A stretch of DNA of 62,871 nt, counting the filler, from Platydemus manokwari (lineage: Eukaryota): assembly GCA_037951405.1 (NCBI GenBank). It is 5 parts of 5 records of this genome, joined end to end, with 100 filler letters (N's around TTAATTAATTAA, not from the genome) between each part and the next. Parts side by side here need not be neighbours in the genome. Positions count along the whole stretch, not along the records: positions 50,215 to 62,871 come from JBBMOY010026680.1; 4 more parts are not named here. One strand, written 5' to 3'. The notes under the pieces were generated by a model. It searched no databases. It saw only the letters and a program-made list of their open reading frames with translations, and was not told the origin of the DNA. Positions 59,810-62,871 of this stretch are shown in pieces. Both the position numbers and the translations under genes were made by a program. Within the stretch, counting starts at the first letter, position 1. Each line of letters begins with the position of its first letter.

Positions 59810-60270
59810 TTTACACATGTGTAAAGCCCACATTGTCGACCTCAATATTCCTTTCGTCAAGAGCGTCAACTTCCAGCCTCATCGATTCTTCAATGACAAG
59901 AAGTAAAGAACCATTGCCAAGGAGATCTGAAGATAATCCTGATTCGAAGCTCATCTCGATGTCATTTGCAACGGTGTACTTGGGTCTTGTTATACTCACA
60001 ACGACAAGGCCTATCGAATATCGAACTCGACAAGAAGCAAATCAGACATACTTACGCGACTTACGAATCTTATACGGTCCAAATAAAACCAAAGAATATC
60101 TGTTGAGATCGAGTACTAACTCATCAGCACTGGCCAGCCAAAACAACAAGTGTATAACAGAGCTATTCGTCAATGTTGCAAAGAGAATGAGAAGACTTCA
60201 AATGAATAAATCTCGAATCAGAATATAAGAAACATTCATCTTAAGAATGAAATTTAAAAGTCACCATGAA
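59810..60270 (+). mobile_element. Possible decayed Ty3/gypsy reverse transcriptase start
   Basis: HIVDLNIPFVKSVNFQPHRF..K*RTIAKEI resembles the H.I......P....PYR......I..EI entry into gypsy RT; the rest is too degraded to read. Confidence 0.3.
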
Positions 60271-61058
60271 GACTTGTGTCACAACGTTGTGAAGACTTTT
60301 AAGTTAGCCCAAATGAGCAACGGTTTTTATCCAGTAATGAGCGAATTATAGAAAGATGGATTACAAGTTCTATCCAATACAAATGATCCCCCAATACTAG
60401 TCCATTAGTGAAAGACCTGTTGGAATTCTCATTCCTCATATTACAATACATTGTTTATCTAAATAATTATCCTATTTTTAAAAATGGTCTGTTCCAAGAT
60501 AATAAAATTGAGAGATATTGTTCCACAAAAAAAACCAAGAATTTATTAACGACAATCAAAATGAATGGAGAAACAATTAAAGGCCTATAATATGCACACT
60601 ATAATTCACCATTAATTAATTTTCATTTATCAAGCATGATTGGATAAGAGCACACAGTAGCGGTATTATTTATGAATGTATAGTTGTCGATATGATTTAT
60701 CTTGCATCTAATTCGACAATTGCGATCTGGTGTCTAGACTTATAAATCTGAATAAGTGGTGATAATGAAATATAATCGCAAGATAAATATAGACGCGGAG
60801 GAGTTTATATTCCACATTATTAAATTGAATATTTCAACATGATTTTCTAATTTGTGATGATCTCTTTGATTTTATGCATATTTTTCTGAATGACAAAACA
60901 TATAATAATAGGAATGATATTATCAAATCTCAGATTAATTCTGATAATATCAATGAAAGCTTTCATCACTTGTCTGTCGAATAAAGAACATAAAAAATTT
61001 AACATCCAATTAAAGAGAAGTAACTCAGTAAAAAAATCCCAATGACAAAACAATATTA

Positions 61059-61380
61059 TCAACATAAAATACAGTAACACAATGTTGACCGGTCACCTAG
61101 GAAACCCATAAAACCATAGAAACAGAAATCCAATACCACATAATAAAATTTCAAACCTAAAAGAAAACAACGACTAACATGCATTTTTTTCAATTTACAT
61201 TGGATTTTATTTCTCAGTACTCCAATCCAATGAGAACCACGGAGAAAGTCCCAAAATATACGACCGAGAAAGGCATTGATGCAAAGAATTTCCGGATTAC
61301 AAGTCACATAATTGATATCTAAACGCATGACTTCACTAGTTAACAGAAACATATCGGCGGGCATGAACTTTGACATGTAT
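61059..61380 (-). CDS. Candidate exon pair of an unidentified gene antisense within a USP7 intron (61380-61199, 61156-61059)
   Basis: TTTTAG acceptor at 61381-61382, an open frame, and a 42-nt GTAAAT...CTTTTAG intron-like segment near this genome's short-intron size; higher GC than flanks; no family recognised. Confidence 0.3.
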
Positions 61381-61444
61381 CTAAAATAATATAATTTATA
61401 AACAAATATTGTCGTTGATAGAATGTTTTACATATAATAAACAA

Positions 61445-61570
61445 TTATTATTATTATTATCATAATAATTATTATTACTATTATCATTATAGTTATTATT
61501 ATTATTGTTATTATCATAATAATTATTATTATCGTTATTATTATCTTTATTATTATTATTAAATTTTATT
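61445..61570. repeat. Imperfect (TTA)n microsatellite
   Basis: ~40 TTA/TCA/TTG units; source of the spurious poly-Asn ORF 61396-61602. Confidence 0.9.
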
Positions 61571-62871
61571 ATTAAAATAACATTTTTAAAATATATTTCC
61601 ATTAGTTCTTTTGGCCAACGCTATTTTATTAATAATAAAGTTAGTCGAGCTCGAGTTGAATAACTCCACAAGAGGTTTAGTTAAAGCCTATGTATTGGAG
61701 GAGAGGCACAAACCCTATCTATCTAGGTCCAGCTTCTTAGTTCTGCCTGTTAATTATCTTTGAAAAAATGTGTTAAATTATTTTCGTATTTTTTTTTTAA
61801 AAATATTATATTCGAACAAATTTTTAAATCTCAAAAACGATACGCTATCATGAAACTCGATCGAATCAGCTGAGAGTTTATTAGCAGATTTTCGAATAAT
61901 GATTTTCCCACTAGATTCTCTGATTTAAGTTTAGGCAAATATTTTATCTGTCAACTGAACGATAACCATCTGTATTTCCTCAATTTAAATCCTGGACACA
62001 TTTGACAACTCTAATGTATGTCAAAGGATTAAGGCCAAATTGGCCAGGCTCTGTGTCTATTTTGCATAAAACAATTATATTCCGTTCCATTATAGAAGCA
62101 AATATATTTATATAATGATACTGAATATATAATTGAATTAAAGATTTCAAAAAATAATATTAGAAAATTAATTCAACTCATGTTACACTGAATTGATCCT
62201 TAGTCGTAGTTTAAATTCATTTCGTCTCATTATATCGGTCTCTCATCTCATTAAATATACTATAATTAAGTGGTTTCAAATATGATTTCAATCGTCCAAT
62301 TTATTTTAGAAAAGTGCAATTTTTCATTTCAATTAATTTCATTTATAATTATTGACTTTCTCATTTTTATTTTACAATTTATGATATCGATTTTGACAAT
62401 ATTATTTTTTATTATCACTGTTGTTATTTTTATTAATTAATCCATATTAAATATTTAATGATCCAAATGATTTGTCCTTTTATATAGCATATTTTTATAT
62501 AGATTTTATATTTTTTTTAAAGATCTATATATAGCTACTCTGTAAATAATCCCTTATATTTCAGATCTTATACATTTATCCGAAATCTTCTACTAAAATT
62601 AAAACTTTTCTTAAAAACGGTTTTTATGTTTTGATTTATATGGTGCTATTTTATAATATTAATTTTATGGATCTGTAAGTGATGTTGATTTGATTTCCGG
62701 CTGATTTTCATGTGTTTAAATTCTATTCTTATTATATTTTAGTTACATCAGAGTTATATCATTAACATTCGCAGATTTATTTAAAAAACTAAAATAATCT
62801 GCCAATCAATTATTTAAACAAATACAACGTGTTTGTTTATTTAACCACGTCAATATATAAAATTAGAATTA

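Noticed and set aside
61396-61602. Poly-Asn ORF
   Set aside because: Translation of the (TTA)n microsatellite.

Overview
AT-rich eukaryotic (animal) genomic DNA with GT-AG introns that are either very short (43-60 nt) or multi-kb. It resembles triclad flatworm (planarian-type) DNA; that is an inference, not an identification. Four artificial 100-nt scaffold gaps (N44-TTAATTAATTAA-N44) split the window. Seven conserved spliced genes were reconstructed by hand: PP2A B56 delta/gamma-type subunit (-, 5' part missing), UBE2K-like C-terminus (-, cut by a gap), C20orf85/CIMIP1-like ciliary gene with RFX X-boxes (+), EFL1 GTPase (-), proteasome alpha-6 (-), AIG1/ADTRP-family hydrolase (+) and USP7 (+, continues beyond the window). 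The rest holds decayed mobile DNA: MITEs, an internally deleted Tc1/mariner, and Merlin, RLE-type LINE and Ty3/gypsy remnants. The most notable unexplained structure is a miniature (~550 bp) LTR retroelement family (TRIM-like) at four loci. Its ~250-330 bp internal region keeps one reading frame between two diverged copies, hinting at a small encoded protein. No prokaryotic systems, CRISPR arrays, rRNA or convincing tRNA genes were seen.
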